Assembly: GCA_963812155.1 (NCBI GenBank)
Contig: CAWETW010000001.1
Span: 768,001 to 832,000, forward strand
DNA length: 64,000 nucleotides
Origin: Vulcanimicrobiota bacterium
Lineage (GTDB): Bacteria; Vulcanimicrobiota; Vulcanimicrobiia; Vulcanimicrobiales; Vulcanimicrobiaceae
Reading direction: 5' to 3'
The notes beneath the pieces are model-generated. The model saw only the letters and a program-made list of their open reading frames with translations. It was not told the DNA's origin and searched no databases. This document shows, piece after piece, positions 1 to 12,631 of this stretch (position 1 is its first letter; every line of letters begins with the position of its first letter). Position numbers and translations under genes: made by a program.

Positions 1-1
1 C

Positions 2-583
2 AGCGATGCTAAGGGCCAACCCGCCGGCATCGCATTCGCACCCGACGGAACGCGCTACGTCAACAACATCAACGGCCCGTCGAGTACGGCCGGCAACGTA
101 GCTGTGTATCCGAAAGGCAAGACCAAGCCGACGCGCTTTCTTACCAACGCGCAGGTCTTCTACGCCAACGGAATCGGCGTCGATTCAAAAGGTAACGTCT
201 ACCTTTCGTTTTTCTCGGCGGACAGCACGACCGGCGTGTTAAAGTTCAAAGGCGGTCAAATGCCGGGCACGCTGCTTGGGAAGATTAAAAACGGTGCACC
301 GGGCGCGATCACGTTCGACAAGGCCGACAACCTCATCATTACCGACGATGCGGCGGTGACGCTCAACTTCTACGCGCCTCCGTACGACAAGGTGCCGAAA
401 GTCTACCCGCTCCAGGGGCACTCGCCGCAGTGTTCGCTCAACCACGCGCAGACGAACTTAGCGTGCGGCGACAAGACCAATACCAGCGTCGACGTCTTCG
501 CGTATCCGGCCGGAACCTATCTCTACAGCTTCAACAAAGGCCTGACGGCAACGGTCATCGGTACGGTTCAGGATCCTCCGTAA
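2..583 (+). CDS. 5'-truncated secreted beta-propeller-like (NHL/SMP-30-like repeat) protein
   Basis: Frame open from the window edge; repeated GIAFAPDG, GIGVDSKGNVY and AITFDKADNL blades; C-terminal VDVFAYPAG resembles 56154..57140. Confidence 0.6.
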   Translation, partial: SDAKGQPAGIAFAPDGTRYVNNINGPSSTAGNVAVYPKGKTKPTRFLTNAQVFYANGIGVDSKGNVYLSFFSADSTTGVLKFKGGQMPGTLLGKIKNGAPGAITFDKADNLIITDDAAVTLNFYAPPYDKVPKVYPLQGHSPQCSLNHAQTNLACGDKTNTSVDVFAYPAGTYLYSFNKGLTATVIGTVQDPP

Positions 584-616
584 CGGGAGAACGTCTCCCG
601 ATCGCGTTCGTGGAAA

Positions 617-643
617 GCAGCCCGAGCTTTATACTCGGGCTGC
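617..643. terminator. Perfect 10-bp hairpin between convergent genes (terminator or REP-like)
   Basis: GCAGCCCGAG-CTTTATA-CTCGGGCTGC; no U tract. Confidence 0.4.
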
Positions 644-693
644 CCCGCTATGCTTCCACCCGGCGACGGACAGCGGGGCTGCGATCGTAAACG

Positions 694-1014
694 CTACTGC
701 GGCGGCCGCTGGCGCTGGTCGTGGATGCGCTCACCCAGCCTACGCTCGTCGCGGTAGATGGCCTTACGCTGACCGTTGGTCATCGGCCCGTTGTTGTGGT
801 GCCAATCGTGGCGCATCTGCCGGCGAATCCCGCGCCAGCGCACCATATCGGTTTTGAACTTCGTTTCGTTGATCGTACCGTTTTTGTAACCTTGGCGGAT
901 GCGATGCAACTCGGTGTGAAGGCGTGCGGGCGCCGTCGGCTGAGCCGCGAGCGGAAGCGCGAGGCCGGCGAGCAACAGCGTTGCGGAGAGCGTGCTAAGA
1001 AGTCGGGTTACCAT
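694..1014 (-). CDS. Small secreted basic helical hypothetical protein
   Basis: Signal peptide (LPLAA-Q), AAGGA RBS. Confidence 0.7.
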   Translation of the reverse strand: MVTRLLSTLSATLLLAGLALPLAAQPTAPARLHTELHRIRQGYKNGTINETKFKTDMVRWRGIRRQMRHDWHHNNGPMTNGQRKAIYRDERRLGERIHDQRQRPPQ

Positions 1015-1240
1015 GGAATTCCTTTCGAGTTTGGCTTGATGTGAACACCGCAGGAATATTTGCCCGGCGGTTCGCGTTGGTTAAACTGCATGCGAGGGAC
1101 TCTCGGCAGATTTTAACTTTTTGCAGGCAAAACGCGACGCTCGCAATCCAGGGCTACAACGGGTAGCTCGCTTAAAAACGACCGTGCGGAAAACTGCACG
1201 TACGGTTTGGGCGCGTTCTGGTTGGGGTAGCAGGTCGAGC

Positions 1241-1738
1241 ATGAATACAACAACTTCAGATTTTGAATCCGGCATTTACTACGATTCGGATGCGGCCGAC
1301 GCTCGCATTCGGCGGCTCCGGGACCTTGGTTATTCCGACAACGACATCAGCGTCATGATGCGCGACAAAGAGAAGGCGCAGGCGTTCGTCGCGAAAAGCG
1401 GCGGTCACGCCGCTGAGGGCGCGGTAACGGGCGGCGTCGTCGGCGGCGGCGTCGGCGCAATCGTGGCCGGTCTTATTGCGACGGGCAGCGTTACGGCGGT
1501 CGTCGGAACCGGCGGCGCGGCGCTTCCGCTCGTGGTTGGTCCGCTCGCAGCAGCTCTCGCCGGTCTCGGCGCCGGCGCGGCGACCGGAGGCATCGTCGGC
1601 GCACTCGTCGGCGCGGGCATTCCAAAGGACAAGGCCGTCATGTACGACGAGGGCCTCAATCGCGGAGGGATCGTCCTCGGCGTGAAGTCGCGGCCCGATA
1701 ACCGCGACGAAGTGCGTCGCGTGTTCGGCGACGAGTAA
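1241..1738 (+). CDS. General stress protein (YflT/17M-like, glycine zipper)
   Basis: LRDLGYSDNDISV, Gly/Ala zipper, GALVGAGIP..A..Y..GL.RGGIVL. Confidence 0.8.
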   Translation: MNTTTSDFESGIYYDSDAADARIRRLRDLGYSDNDISVMMRDKEKAQAFVAKSGGHAAEGAVTGGVVGGGVGAIVAGLIATGSVTAVVGTGGAALPLVVGPLAAALAGLGAGAATGGIVGALVGAGIPKDKAVMYDEGLNRGGIVLGVKSRPDNRDEVRRVFGDE

Positions 1739-1763
1739 ATCTCAAGCTCAGCGACATTCTAAG

Positions 1764-1798
1764 GCGACCGCTTGGAGGATCAGGCGGTCGCTCTTTTT
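1764..1798 (+). terminator. Intrinsic terminator
   Basis: GCGACCGCTTG/CAGGCGGTCGC stem then TCTTTTT. Confidence 0.75.
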
Positions 1799-1807
1799 CA
1801 TTGAATC

Positions 1808-2194
1808 TTACGCGCCGGCGATGGACTCGCTGAAGACGATGTGGTTGTTGAACGGGTCGTACACGACCATCTCTCGCGTTCCCCACTCCTGCGTTTGAAT
1901 CGACGGATTGAAATACCGATACTTCTTGGCAACGAGTTCGCGATGGAATGCATCGATGCCCGACGTCTGAATGACGACGTTGGTACCGGGCGTACCATCA
2001 CCGTGATGCTCGCTGAGAAAAATGCGCACGCCGCTACGGGCTATGCCCATGAACAGCGGCGCGTCGTCGTGGAAGCGGTGCTCGAACTCCACGTGAAATC
2101 CGAGATAGTCGAGATAAAACTCTCGCGCTTTCAAAACGTCGAACATTCGCAAGATTGGAATCGTTCTTTCGAATACGATCGATTGATCCGACAC
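1808..2194 (-). CDS. Glyoxalase/bleomycin-resistance (VOC) superfamily protein
   Basis: IPILRMFD..AREFY..YLGF, LSEHHGD, WGTREM.VYDPFNN; GTG start after AAGGAG. Confidence 0.85.
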   Translation of the reverse strand: MSDQSIVFERTIPILRMFDVLKAREFYLDYLGFHVEFEHRFHDDAPLFMGIARSGVRIFLSEHHGDGTPGTNVVIQTSGIDAFHRELVAKKYRYFNPSIQTQEWGTREMVVYDPFNNHIVFSESIAGA

Positions 2195-2407
2195 GGCACT
2201 CCTTTTCGTCGATGCGGACCTCGGACTTGCGGAACCTACGCCCGCACCTTGCGCAAACCCGCTTCGGCGTTCGAACAAGCAAGCGGGGCCGCGCTCGATT
2301 TCAACGGTGCAGCCACTTATCCACAGTACCGTGTTTCGGCGCTAGTTCTGGGTACGACTTAAACCTCCAAGAATCGGCTTGGCGAAGGCGGCGGAAAAGG
2401 AGCAGAA

Positions 2408-2977
2408 ATGCGTACGACCCTCGTGATCTGCCTGGCGCTCACGCAAATGGCTGCTGCGACGGCATTCGCGGCGACGCAAGATCCCTATAGCGAGGTCAAC
2501 GCCATGCGCGTCGCGTTTTCGCAAGTGCGATCGGTTACGGCGACCGAGCGCTTCAGCAACGGCGACGTCGCCACCGTCCAATATAATCTTCCCGACCGCT
2601 TCCACATCACGACCGGACGATCGCAAATCATTCTCACCGGCGATACGGAGTACGTAAAGGGTGCCGCCGGTCGCTGGACGCCGTCTCCCGACGGAGGCGA
2701 ACATCAGGCGCTCCTGGCCGCCGCATGGCAGCTGGGCGGACCTCCGTCGATCGACGTGCGCGATCTATATACGGTGGTTGCGCTCGGGACGAAAACCATC
2801 GGCACGACGCTCGTTCGCGGCTTTCACCTCCACGACGCTTCGGGCGGGAACGACGAAACGGTCTGGATCGGCCTCGACAACCTTCCCGTCGCGGCACGCA
2901 TCGCAATGTCGGGCCAGACGATCGAAATTCACTATACGAATTACAACACGTCGGAACGCGTAGCCACGCCCCTGTAG
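2408..2977 (+). CDS. Secreted hypothetical protein (LolA/LppX-like beta fold possible)
   Basis: Signal peptide, AAGGAG RBS, beta-rich; fold is a guess. Confidence 0.65.
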   Translation: MRTTLVICLALTQMAAATAFAATQDPYSEVNAMRVAFSQVRSVTATERFSNGDVATVQYNLPDRFHITTGRSQIILTGDTEYVKGAAGRWTPSPDGGEHQALLAAAWQLGGPPSIDVRDLYTVVALGTKTIGTTLVRGFHLHDASGGNDETVWIGLDNLPVAARIAMSGQTIEIHYTNYNTSERVATPL

Positions 2978-3048
2978 GTTCCGGCGGCGCGACGGCACCG
3001 TCGCTGGCTACTGCGTGCAGCAGCAAGGGTATCTTCCACCGGCCGTTT

Positions 3049-4436
3049 TCAATAATGACGAGAACCGGTGAACCGTTGTGCTCGGCGTCTCGGCGACACG
3101 ATTGCAGGAGTTGCGTGCATGCGGTTGCAAGCGCGCCGACTGGGTTTGGCTTTGAGTGGCGTCGGGCTGATGTTTTCGATGCCCGTCTGCTTTCGGGAAG
3201 CGGCGAGGGAGTCGCTGTTGCCGATCGAGTCCCGTAACGGCCACTTCGATAAGATCCGTAAGGCCCGACTGTGCACGGTTACGGTCTCCTTCCGACGGCC
3301 TTGAGTCGCGAAGGACCAGATGACTCGCTTCGCCGAATCCGCCAGCGGTTCCAGGTTAACGTCCCATCGCCGACTAGTACGCGTTGCGGTACGTAGGCGA
3401 TGCTTTACGGTCACGGCACCCGAAGGAATGGCAGCGATTATGCGATTAGCGACCGATGGCGGTGACAGCGTTTGCGTTCGTCCAACCCAACGGACTCGCG
3501 ACCCATCGCCGAAGGCCAAATACCGTGCGGCAGCTCCCCCGTCGGCATCGACGCCACGGCGGTCCATATTCGGCGTCGTCGTGCAGACCTTGACGACGTT
3601 CAGGCCACGACGGTTACGTATGCGAACTGCCCCTTTCGTTTCGAACGATGTTCACGTGGTTGGTAATCGGGCCCGTGTCGAGAACGGATAGGACGCGAAA
3701 CGGCGGATTGGCCTCAAACACCTCAACGCGGCCGGTGTCCTTGAGCGTTTCCCACACCTGTGTTTGATCGGGCGTTACGGCGATGTTCGGACAGAAGAGG
3801 CGATACTTGTTGCACGCGGCCAACGATCGCGTGCCGTGTGGCGGTACTATCAGGTCGCGGCGTAAAACTCGAACAGACGTATCCGGAGCGGCCGTCAGGC
3901 GGAAAAGATCGTCATAGCGGGTCGAGGAACCGTTATTCGGCGGACCTCGGATAGGTTTTCGTATCGATGACGCTCAGTAATTCTCGGACGAATCGTGACG
4001 CGCATCAGCTCGCGGTTGTCCGGTGTGAAGAACGGCTCGTGAGGGGCTCGCCCAACATACGTCGCATGCTTTATGGCATTCGACGCAGTGTTATTAAGAG
4101 TCGGACTTCGCCGGCAAGGAGACGCGTACCAGCGTCTTATGGTCGGGCGAAAAACCCATACCGTGAACGGGTGTTGGCCCGTGTAAAGCGGGCTTAACGT
4201 ACCGGAGTTCGGGGCAGAGCCGAACGACGTACGGAGCAGCCGACGTCTGCGGATTGGCGAAGACACGGTGTTCGAGCGTCTGATCCGACGTGACCCGTCG
4301 CGAGCACTGATCGACGATGTCCGGTGAGCTTGTCGCCCCGGGCAGCGCGGCACCGCCGGCGGCGGATGCCGCGTCGAAGCAAGCGCGATGGCCAGGCCGG
4401 CGAGGGCCGGCGGGCCGCTAAGAGGCAAATGCGCAT
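3049..4436 (-). pseudogene. Heavily frameshifted YncE/YVTN beta-propeller protein
   Basis: Fragments in several frames: SNTVS, LSPLYTGQ, TYVGRAPHEPFFTPD, FCPNIAVTPD, LDTGPITNHVNIV; GGAGG RBS before ATG 4436; 3' end approximate. Confidence 0.7.
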
Positions 4437-4474
4437 GGATCGAACCTCCGTCTACAGCCATCGCTCGCATTCGG

Positions 4475-5798
4475 TCATTTGCGCAGCGGCGCAAAGGCGG
4501 CGCGAATCTCTTCTGAAAAGATTTGCGGTTGCTCCCACGCGGCATAGTGACCGCCCGCGGACGCCTTGTGAAAATAGATGAGGTTGTGAAATGCGAGTTC
4601 CGTCCAACTGCGCGGTGCTTCGTAGATTTCGTCAGGAAATACGGTTGCGGCAGCGGGAATTGCGACGTTCGCTGCATTTATTGGGCTAACCTTATTCTCC
4701 CAATACGAGCGCGCTGCCGAAATCGCCGTGCTCGTTACCCAGTACAGCGTGATGTTGTCGAGAACATCGTCGCGCGTTAGGTCGCCGGCGCTATGTCCGT
4801 TGATGGTGCGTCCAGCCACCGCGGAGACTACCGCTGCGGCAGGCTGTCCGTTGCCATCGCCGTGATCCAAAAGCCACGCGGCTAGCCCCACAGGGGAATC
4901 GACCAAGCCATAGAGCGTTTGGGGCCGGGTGCGCATGAACGCCGCATAGGCAAATTGCTTCCCATACAGCAGCTGTAACTGCTCGTACGCGTGCTTCTCA
5001 TCACCGGAAAGGCCTTGCCGGCGCCGGATTACCGCAGCTCAGCGACTTTGCAATCGCCGGTGGAACCGACGCCGGCAAACTGGTGTGCATGCCCAGCAAC
5101 TCCGGCGGGGCCTCTTCAGCCATTAGCGTCGTAACGACCGAGCCGAGATCGCCGCCTTGCGCGACGAATTTCGTGTAACCAAGACGCTTCATCAACACGA
5201 CCCAAGCGCGCGCCGTGTGCGCGGTGTCCCAACCGGTTACGGCCGGCTTCGCCGAAAATCCATAGCCGGGTATCGATGGAATCACTACGTCGAAAGCGTC
5301 GGCGGCGCTCCCGCCATGCGCCGTGGGATGGGTCAAGGGTTCGACGATCTTCAGCTGCTCGATAATCGACCCGGGCCAGCCGTGCGTAACGATCAGCGGC
5401 AGCGCATTCTCATGCTTTGATTTAACGTGAATGAAGTGAATGTCGAGCCCATCGATGTTGGTGACGAACTGCGGCAGTGCATTCAGTTTGGCCTCACACT
5501 TTCGCCAGTCGTAATCCGTTGCCCAATAGCCGGCAACGCCTTGCATCAGCGCGAGCGGCACACCTTGTGAGTCATCGGTAACGGTCTCTCGGTCGGGCCA
5601 AATCGTCGCGCCGATGCGCCTTCGCATCTCCGTCAGCGTCGCTTCCGGAATACTGACTTGAAACGTCCGAACGGCCGTACTGCTTTGCGTTCCGGACAGC
5701 GTTTGTGCCCCGGCGAAACGGAACGCCCCAAGTTGGGCGGCCGTGATGCCCATCGCAGCGCTGCTCAAGAAGGCACGGCGATCGATACTGTCTCTCAT
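4475..5798 (-). CDS. Epoxide hydrolase (EHN + alpha/beta hydrolase) with Tat signal; frameshift ~5005
   Basis: RRAFL, HGWPGS, PSIPGYGFS, QGGDLG, GGHYAAWEQP. Confidence 0.85.
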
Positions 5799-5832
5799 GT
5801 TGTTCCCTCACGTTTCCGTCGCTGCGCCGGTT

Positions 5833-6117
5833 TCACAGCAGCTCGACCTTTTCAACAACGCGCTCAGTTGCCAGGACGCGTATTCGGCCAACGACGAGGC
5901 GCGCGAAGTGTTCCGTTTGCGTATGTGCTTGGAGGCCTTCGGCGTCGCGGTAGACTTCCCAGAGCGCGAAAACGCCTGGCTTGTCGCGGCTACGACCCAC
6001 GTCGAAGGATACGACGCCGGCCTCCTTGCGTGAAGCATCGCGTAGTTCGAGCAAGATCGATTCGACCTCGTCCGCGCTGCCCGGAGGAAACGTGAAGTGA
6101 ATGGACTGTACGATCAT
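5833..6117 (-). CDS. Antibiotic biosynthesis monooxygenase (ABM) family protein
   Basis: SRKEAGVVSF, F.LWEVY.D..GLQAH.QTEHF. Confidence 0.85.
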   Translation of the reverse strand: MIVQSIHFTFPPGSADEVESILLELRDASRKEAGVVSFDVGRSRDKPGVFALWEVYRDAEGLQAHTQTEHFARLVVGRIRVLATERVVEKVELL

Positions 6118-6186
6118 GTCCCTACTAGCCTCGGAAGTATCAAAAACTCCTGGCGACTAACCCAGTCGGGGTAGCGCATCAACATC

Positions 6187-6567
6187 TTAGGTTACAGAGC
6201 GCAGCATTGAGTCGACGGCGCGATCGATCGCTTCGATTCGAGCATCCATCCCAACGACGCCGTTGCGAGCTGCAATGTCCGACATTGGGACGTAGGCAAC
6301 GTTGACGGTTGACTCCTCTTCCCATACCAAAAGTTTGAGGGGAAGATCGAGTGCGACCTGCGGAAACGCGTCCATGAAAGGCGTTCCGCCTTTCGGATTT
6401 CCGAAAACAAGCAACGTCGTTGGACGTAACGACAATCCGGCGCTCTGCGCGGCGGCAGTCTGGTCTATTAAGGCGAAGATGGTATTGCCCGCCCCGGTAA
6501 TCGCTTCTTTAAGCGACCCGATCGTTTCGTCGTAGGTTAAGCTGCTGCGCGCTATCGTTGCGGCCAT
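6187..6567 (-). CDS. DUF302 family protein
   Basis: GLSLRPTTLLVFGNPKGGTPFM, ALDLPLKLLVWE. Confidence 0.85.
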   Translation of the reverse strand: MAATIARSSLTYDETIGSLKEAITGAGNTIFALIDQTAAAQSAGLSLRPTTLLVFGNPKGGTPFMDAFPQVALDLPLKLLVWEEESTVNVAYVPMSDIAARNGVVGMDARIEAIDRAVDSMLRSVT

Positions 6568-6755
6568 TGTGCCCCGGAACTTGACCTTGTTCTAGCTAAG
6601 GTGTGGCGCGGCCGGTGGCGGTCATGCACTCCGAATTATCGGATCGGACCGGATTTGTCTAGCCGTGGCCATAAGTCCCTTGCGCATACTGACGGATACG
6701 CGATCCGCCGTCATCAGAGGCAACGCCCCACTCAGCGCTTTAGCAAGGAGCGAGA

Positions 6756-7577
6756 ATGAACTACATCACCACCAAAGATGGTACGCAGATCTACTACAAG
6801 GACTGGGGAACGGGCCAACCGGTTGTCTTCAGCCATGGTTGGCCTCTCTCTTCCGATGCTTGGGAAGATCAAATGTTCTTCCTGACATCTCACGGCTTTC
6901 GTTGCATCGCGCACGACCGTCGCGGTCACGGACGATCTAGCCAGCCGTGGCAGGGCAACGACATCGAAACCTATGCCGACGATTTAGCGCAGCTGGTAGC
7001 GCATCTCGAGCTCAAGGATGCCATTCACGTCGGCCACTCGACCGGTGGGGGCGAAGTGACGCGTTACATCGGCAAATACGGAACCAAACGCGTTTCTAGA
7101 GCCGTACTCATCAGCGCCATCCCACCGGTCATGCTCAAGAGTGAAAAGAACCCCCTCGGTTTGCCTAGCGACGTGTTCGATGGACTCCGCAAAAGCGTCT
7201 TGACCGACCGCAGTCAGTTTTGGATAGATCTTTCACTGCCGTTTTACGGCTACAACCGTACCGGCGCAAAAATATCGGAGGGGGTACGGCAGTCGTTCTG
7301 GCTGCAAAGCGCGATGTGCGGCATGCCGGGTTCCTATTTCTGCATCAAGGCGTTTTCGGAGACTGATTTGACGGAAGACCTCAAGAAGATCGACGTTCCG
7401 GTACTATTTCTGCACGGCGACGACGATCAAATCGTACCAATCGCCGACGCTGCCGAGCTGGCAGTGAAGCTGGTTAAGAACGGGACGCTCAAGATCTATC
7501 CGGGAGCTCCGCATGGCATGCCGACGACGCATAAGGATCAGGTAAACGCCGACCTTCTCGCCTTCATGGGCTCCTAA
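6756..7577 (+). CDS. cpo: Non-heme chloroperoxidase/arylesterase (alpha/beta hydrolase)
   Basis: [39 protein letters not shown]. Confidence 0.9.
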   Translation: MNYITTKDGTQIYYKDWGTGQPVVFSHGWPLSSDAWEDQMFFLTSHGFRCIAHDRRGHGRSSQPWQGNDIETYADDLAQLVAHLELKDAIHVGHSTGGGEVTRYIGKYGTKRVSRAVLISAIPPVMLKSEKNPLGLPSDVFDGLRKSVLTDRSQFWIDLSLPFYGYNRTGAKISEGVRQSFWLQSAMCGMPGSYFCIKAFSETDLTEDLKKIDVPVLFLHGDDDQIVPIADAAELAVKLVKNGTLKIYPGAPHGMPTTHKDQVNADLLAFMGS

Positions 7578-7676
7578 GCCCGTGTTCCCGTGACGACCCG
7601 AAACCCAGCTTCGTCGTGTCGGAGAGGCCCAACACACGAAATCCCCCGCTTTCACGAGGGATTCCATCGGTTCAAA

Positions 7677-7752
7677 TGGCTCCGGATGCTGGACTCGAAC
7701 CAGCGACCCGCTGATTAACAGTCAGCTGCTCTACCAACTGAGCTAATCCGGA
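7677..7752 (-). tRNA. tRNA-Asn(GTT)
   Basis: Cloverleaf TCCGGAT...CTGAC-T-GTT-AA-TCAG...GGTTCGAGTCC...CCA, 76 nt. Confidence 0.97.
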
Positions 7753-7842
7753 ACGAATGCCGACCCGCGGGATTCTACCGCGGGAAACGTACGGCCCGCA
7801 ACGTCTTGAGGCGATTTTGAGATTTATCTCTTAAGTTTTTAG

Positions 7843-7871
7843 TTGACAGCCGGTAGCGGCCGCGGTAGAGT
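7843..7871 (+). promoter_or_regulatory. Sigma70-type promoter
   Basis: TTGACA-17 nt-TAGAGT upstream of 7913. Confidence 0.65.
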
Positions 7872-7912
7872 GGGCCTATCAACTAAATCTTTAGGAGTAC
7901 GGGAGGTCCCCG

Positions 7913-8104
7913 ATGATCCGCTCCACCCTCGCCCTCGTGTCCGCGGTCGTGATTTCCCTGGCCGGCTATGGTGCCTTAGGAATGGCGGCCCACACGACGC
8001 CCCGTCCGACCCTCAAAGTCATCGCGGTCGTCGTGGCTCACGCGAAGCACCATTCCGCGCTCTCGGCGCTGCGTCCGCAGCAACCGGCGGCCTCGGTTCA
8101 GTAA
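7913..8104 (+). CDS. Small membrane/secreted hypothetical protein
   Basis: GGAGG RBS, promoter, hydrophobic N-terminus. Confidence 0.55.
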   Translation: MIRSTLALVSAVVISLAGYGALGMAAHTTPRPTLKVIAVVVAHAKHHSALSALRPQQPAASVQ

Positions 8105-8116
8105 GGCCCGCCGGTC

Positions 8117-8719
8117 CTAGTAAGGGGCCGACGCCTGACGCCGTACGGTGACCGTCTGCGAGAGCTGGACGGTCGCCTGGGCCCCCGGCGAAATCGTGAA
8201 ATTCGACTTGCTGTTGGCGCCGAGCATCGCCCCGCCGACCAGGCCGATCGCACCGAAGCCGTTCGCGTGGAAGATCGTCTTACCGATGGCGTTGCCGACT
8301 AGCATGCCAGCGAGCGCGCCAAGCGCAGCCTTTCCGGCCGTTTGGCCCGTGCTCTTGTTTGCGGCGATGCTGGTCACGCTTCCGTAAATCGTCACGGTGC
8401 TGCCGCCGTACAGCCGCAGATACCGCGGCTGAATGACGATCTCGGGATTGCGCCCCTGTCCGGCGGGAACGACGCGCGTCACTTCACCGCCGATCGTCGC
8501 GCCTTGGAAGTTGGGATCGCCGCTGGGATACGGCGGCACGACCGTCATCGTAAACTGATCGCCGACATGCGCCGAGCCGCTTTCGAGAGTTTGATTCAGT
8601 CGCGCGTTCAGCACCGTTCCGTTGTACAGCGTGATGCTTTGTTCGGCCGGAGCGGCCAGCGTCGCAGCGGCGAACGCGGCGATTCCCGCGAGCAGCCCGA
8701 GCCTCGTTCCTATTTTCAT
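8117..8719 (-). CDS. Secreted hypothetical protein with glycine-zipper hairpin (TrbI/VirB10-like core possible)
   Basis: Signal peptide; paralogous to 8770..9375. Confidence 0.7.
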   Translation of the reverse strand: MKIGTRLGLLAGIAAFAAATLAAPAEQSITLYNGTVLNARLNQTLESGSAHVGDQFTMTVVPPYPSGDPNFQGATIGGEVTRVVPAGQGRNPEIVIQPRYLRLYGGSTVTIYGSVTSIAANKSTGQTAGKAALGALAGMLVGNAIGKTIFHANGFGAIGLVGGAMLGANSKSNFTISPGAQATVQLSQTVTVRRQASAPY

Positions 8720-8769
8720 GTATCGTTTCCGTCCTCGTTACGCTTGCTGGTCGAGCGACGAGACGGGCG

Positions 8770-9375
8770 TTAGGGCGTCGTCAGGTTGCTCGTCAGTTGA
8801 ATAGTAACCGGGGCGCCCGGCGGAATAACGATATTCTCATTAGATTTTTGTGCGTACACGTAGCCGCTCGTATTGCCGGCAGGCGGTGGCGTCACGGAGG
8901 GGGCCGCATCCTTGCGAAACGTCATCTGCCACGCAATCGGACCGGGCGTTACTCTGCCGGTCGGCATTGGAGGCAGCGAAAACTTGACGGCTTCCTGGCG
9001 GTTCACCGCCGTATTCGTCTGCGTGACGTACTTGCTCACGACGAGGGCGTGGATTGCGGCACGCTTCCCATTGTGGAATTGAATGTAATCGAGGATGAAG
9101 CCGATACGCGCACGCGACAGGCCGCCGGTACCGGCGACGTCGGTAACGCGGCCGTGAATCGCGGCGCCTTCCAAACTGGGAAGCGTCGGATCGTCGATCC
9201 GCAGTTTGAAGTTGGTGCCGACCGTGACCGTACGCGAGTCGACGCCCTGTCCCAGCACGCAAAGGATCTTGGTACCGTTGGGAATCGTTGCGGCTTGCGC
9301 GACGGCCAGCGTAGCGACCAAGGCTACTGCCGCCGCCGCGGTCGCCCGCATCGTACGCGCATCGGTCATTTTCAC
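8770..9375 (-). CDS. Secreted hypothetical protein, paralog of 8117..8719
   Basis: Signal peptide AQA; AAGGAG RBS; start GTG 9375 or ATG 9369. Confidence 0.7.
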   Translation of the reverse strand: MKMTDARTMRATAAAAVALVATLAVAQAATIPNGTKILCVLGQGVDSRTVTVGTNFKLRIDDPTLPSLEGAAIHGRVTDVAGTGGLSRARIGFILDYIQFHNGKRAAIHALVVSKYVTQTNTAVNRQEAVKFSLPPMPTGRVTPGPIAWQMTFRKDAAPSVTPPPAGNTSGYVYAQKSNENIVIPPGAPVTIQLTSNLTTP

Positions 9376-9376
9376 G

Positions 9377-10612
9377 TTATCGCTCCTTCGACGTGGCAAA
9401 GTTTGGAACGCGCAGCGCTTCGCCGGTAAACGACGCCGCCTTCCGCAACGCTTCAACGCGATCGAGCCGTTCCCACGGCAGATCGAGATCGGGACGGCCG
9501 AAATGACCGTACGCGGCGGTTTGACGGTAGATCGGACGCCGCAACTTCAAATCGTGGATGATCGCGGCCGGACGCAGATCGAAGACGGCGGCAACCGCAC
9601 GCGCGATCGCGTCCTCCTCGATTTTTCCCGTGCCGAAGGTTTCGACGAGCACGTTCATCGGGTGGGCCACGCCGATCGCGTAGGCAACTTGCACCTCGCA
9701 TCGGTCGGCGAGCCCAGCCGCCACGACGTTTTTCGCGACCCAGCGCGCCGCGTACGCGGCCGAGCGATCGACCTTCGTGGGATCCTTGCCGGAGAACGCG
9801 CCGCCTCCGTGGCGCGCCATGCCGCCGTATGTGTCGGCGATGATCTTGCGTCCCGTCAAACCGGCATCGCCTTTCGGACCGCCGATGACGAAGCGTCCGG
9901 TGGGATTGACGTACACGCGCGTTTCGGAGTCGCGCAGCGACGACGGAACGACGTGATTGATGACCTTCTCCGTCACCTCGTTGCGAATCATCTCCAGCGG
10001 AATGTCGGGATCGTGCTGCGTCGAAACCACGATCGCGTCGACGCGCACCGGGCGGTCGCCCTCGTATTCGACCGTGACTTGCGACTTGCCGTCGGGCCGA
10101 AGATACGGAATGTCGCCGTTCTTGCGCACGGCCGCGAGCTGGCGCGTGAGATTGTGCGCGAGCACGATCGGGAGCGGCATGAGTTCGTTGGTTTCGCGGC
10201 AGGCGTACCCGAACATCATGCCCTGATCGCCCGCGCCGATTCGTTCGAACTCGTCGTCGTCGCCGCCCTTCGCCTCGAGCGACTTGTCGACACCCATCGC
10301 AATGTCGGGCGACTGTTCGTCGATCGAAATGTTCACGCCGCACGTTTCGGCGTCGAAGCCAACCGCCGATTTCGTGTAGCCGATCTCGCGAATCGTCTCG
10401 CGCACGATGCGGGGAATGTCGATGTACGTTTTGGTCGTCACCTCACCCGCTAAGTGAATCTGTCCGGTAATCGCGAACGTCTCGACCGCAACGCGCGATT
10501 CGGGATCGTCTCGCAGCAGCGCGTCGAGCACCGCATCGGAGATTTGATCCGCGACCTTGTCGGGATGGCCTTCGGTTACCGATTCGCTGGTAAAGAACCG
10601 GCGGTACGCCAC
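9377..10612 (-). CDS. metK: S-adenosylmethionine synthetase
   Basis: [28 protein letters not shown]. Confidence 0.98.
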   Translation of the reverse strand: MAYRRFFTSESVTEGHPDKVADQISDAVLDALLRDDPESRVAVETFAITGQIHLAGEVTTKTYIDIPRIVRETIREIGYTKSAVGFDAETCGVNISIDEQSPDIAMGVDKSLEAKGGDDDEFERIGAGDQGMMFGYACRETNELMPLPIVLAHNLTRQLAAVRKNGDIPYLRPDGKSQVTVEYEGDRPVRVDAIVVSTQHDPDIPLEMIRNEVTEKVINHVVPSSLRDSETRVYVNPTGRFVIGGPKGDAGLTGRKIIADTYGGMARHGGGAFSGKDPTKVDRSAAYAARWVAKNVVAAGLADRCEVQVAYAIGVAHPMNVLVETFGTGKIEEDAIARAVAAVFDLRPAAIIHDLKLRRPIYRQTAAYGHFGRPDLDLPWERLDRVEALRKAASFTGEALRVPNFATSKER

Positions 10613-10613
10613 G

Positions 10614-12627
<2,014 letters not shown>

Positions 12628-12631
<4 letters not shown>

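Noticed and set aside
694..720. C-terminal RPP (also KAPP at 39591 and DPP at 583) as further arrest motifs
   Set aside because: Each gene faces a convergent neighbour, so there is no downstream SD to control.
1746..1766. GCTCAGCGACATTCTAAGG resembling the 32-bp repeat unit
   Set aside because: Needs two gaps over about 20 nt; too weak.
2317..2325. Perfect DnaA box TTATCCACA
   Set aside because: Single copy with no origin context; compatible with chance.
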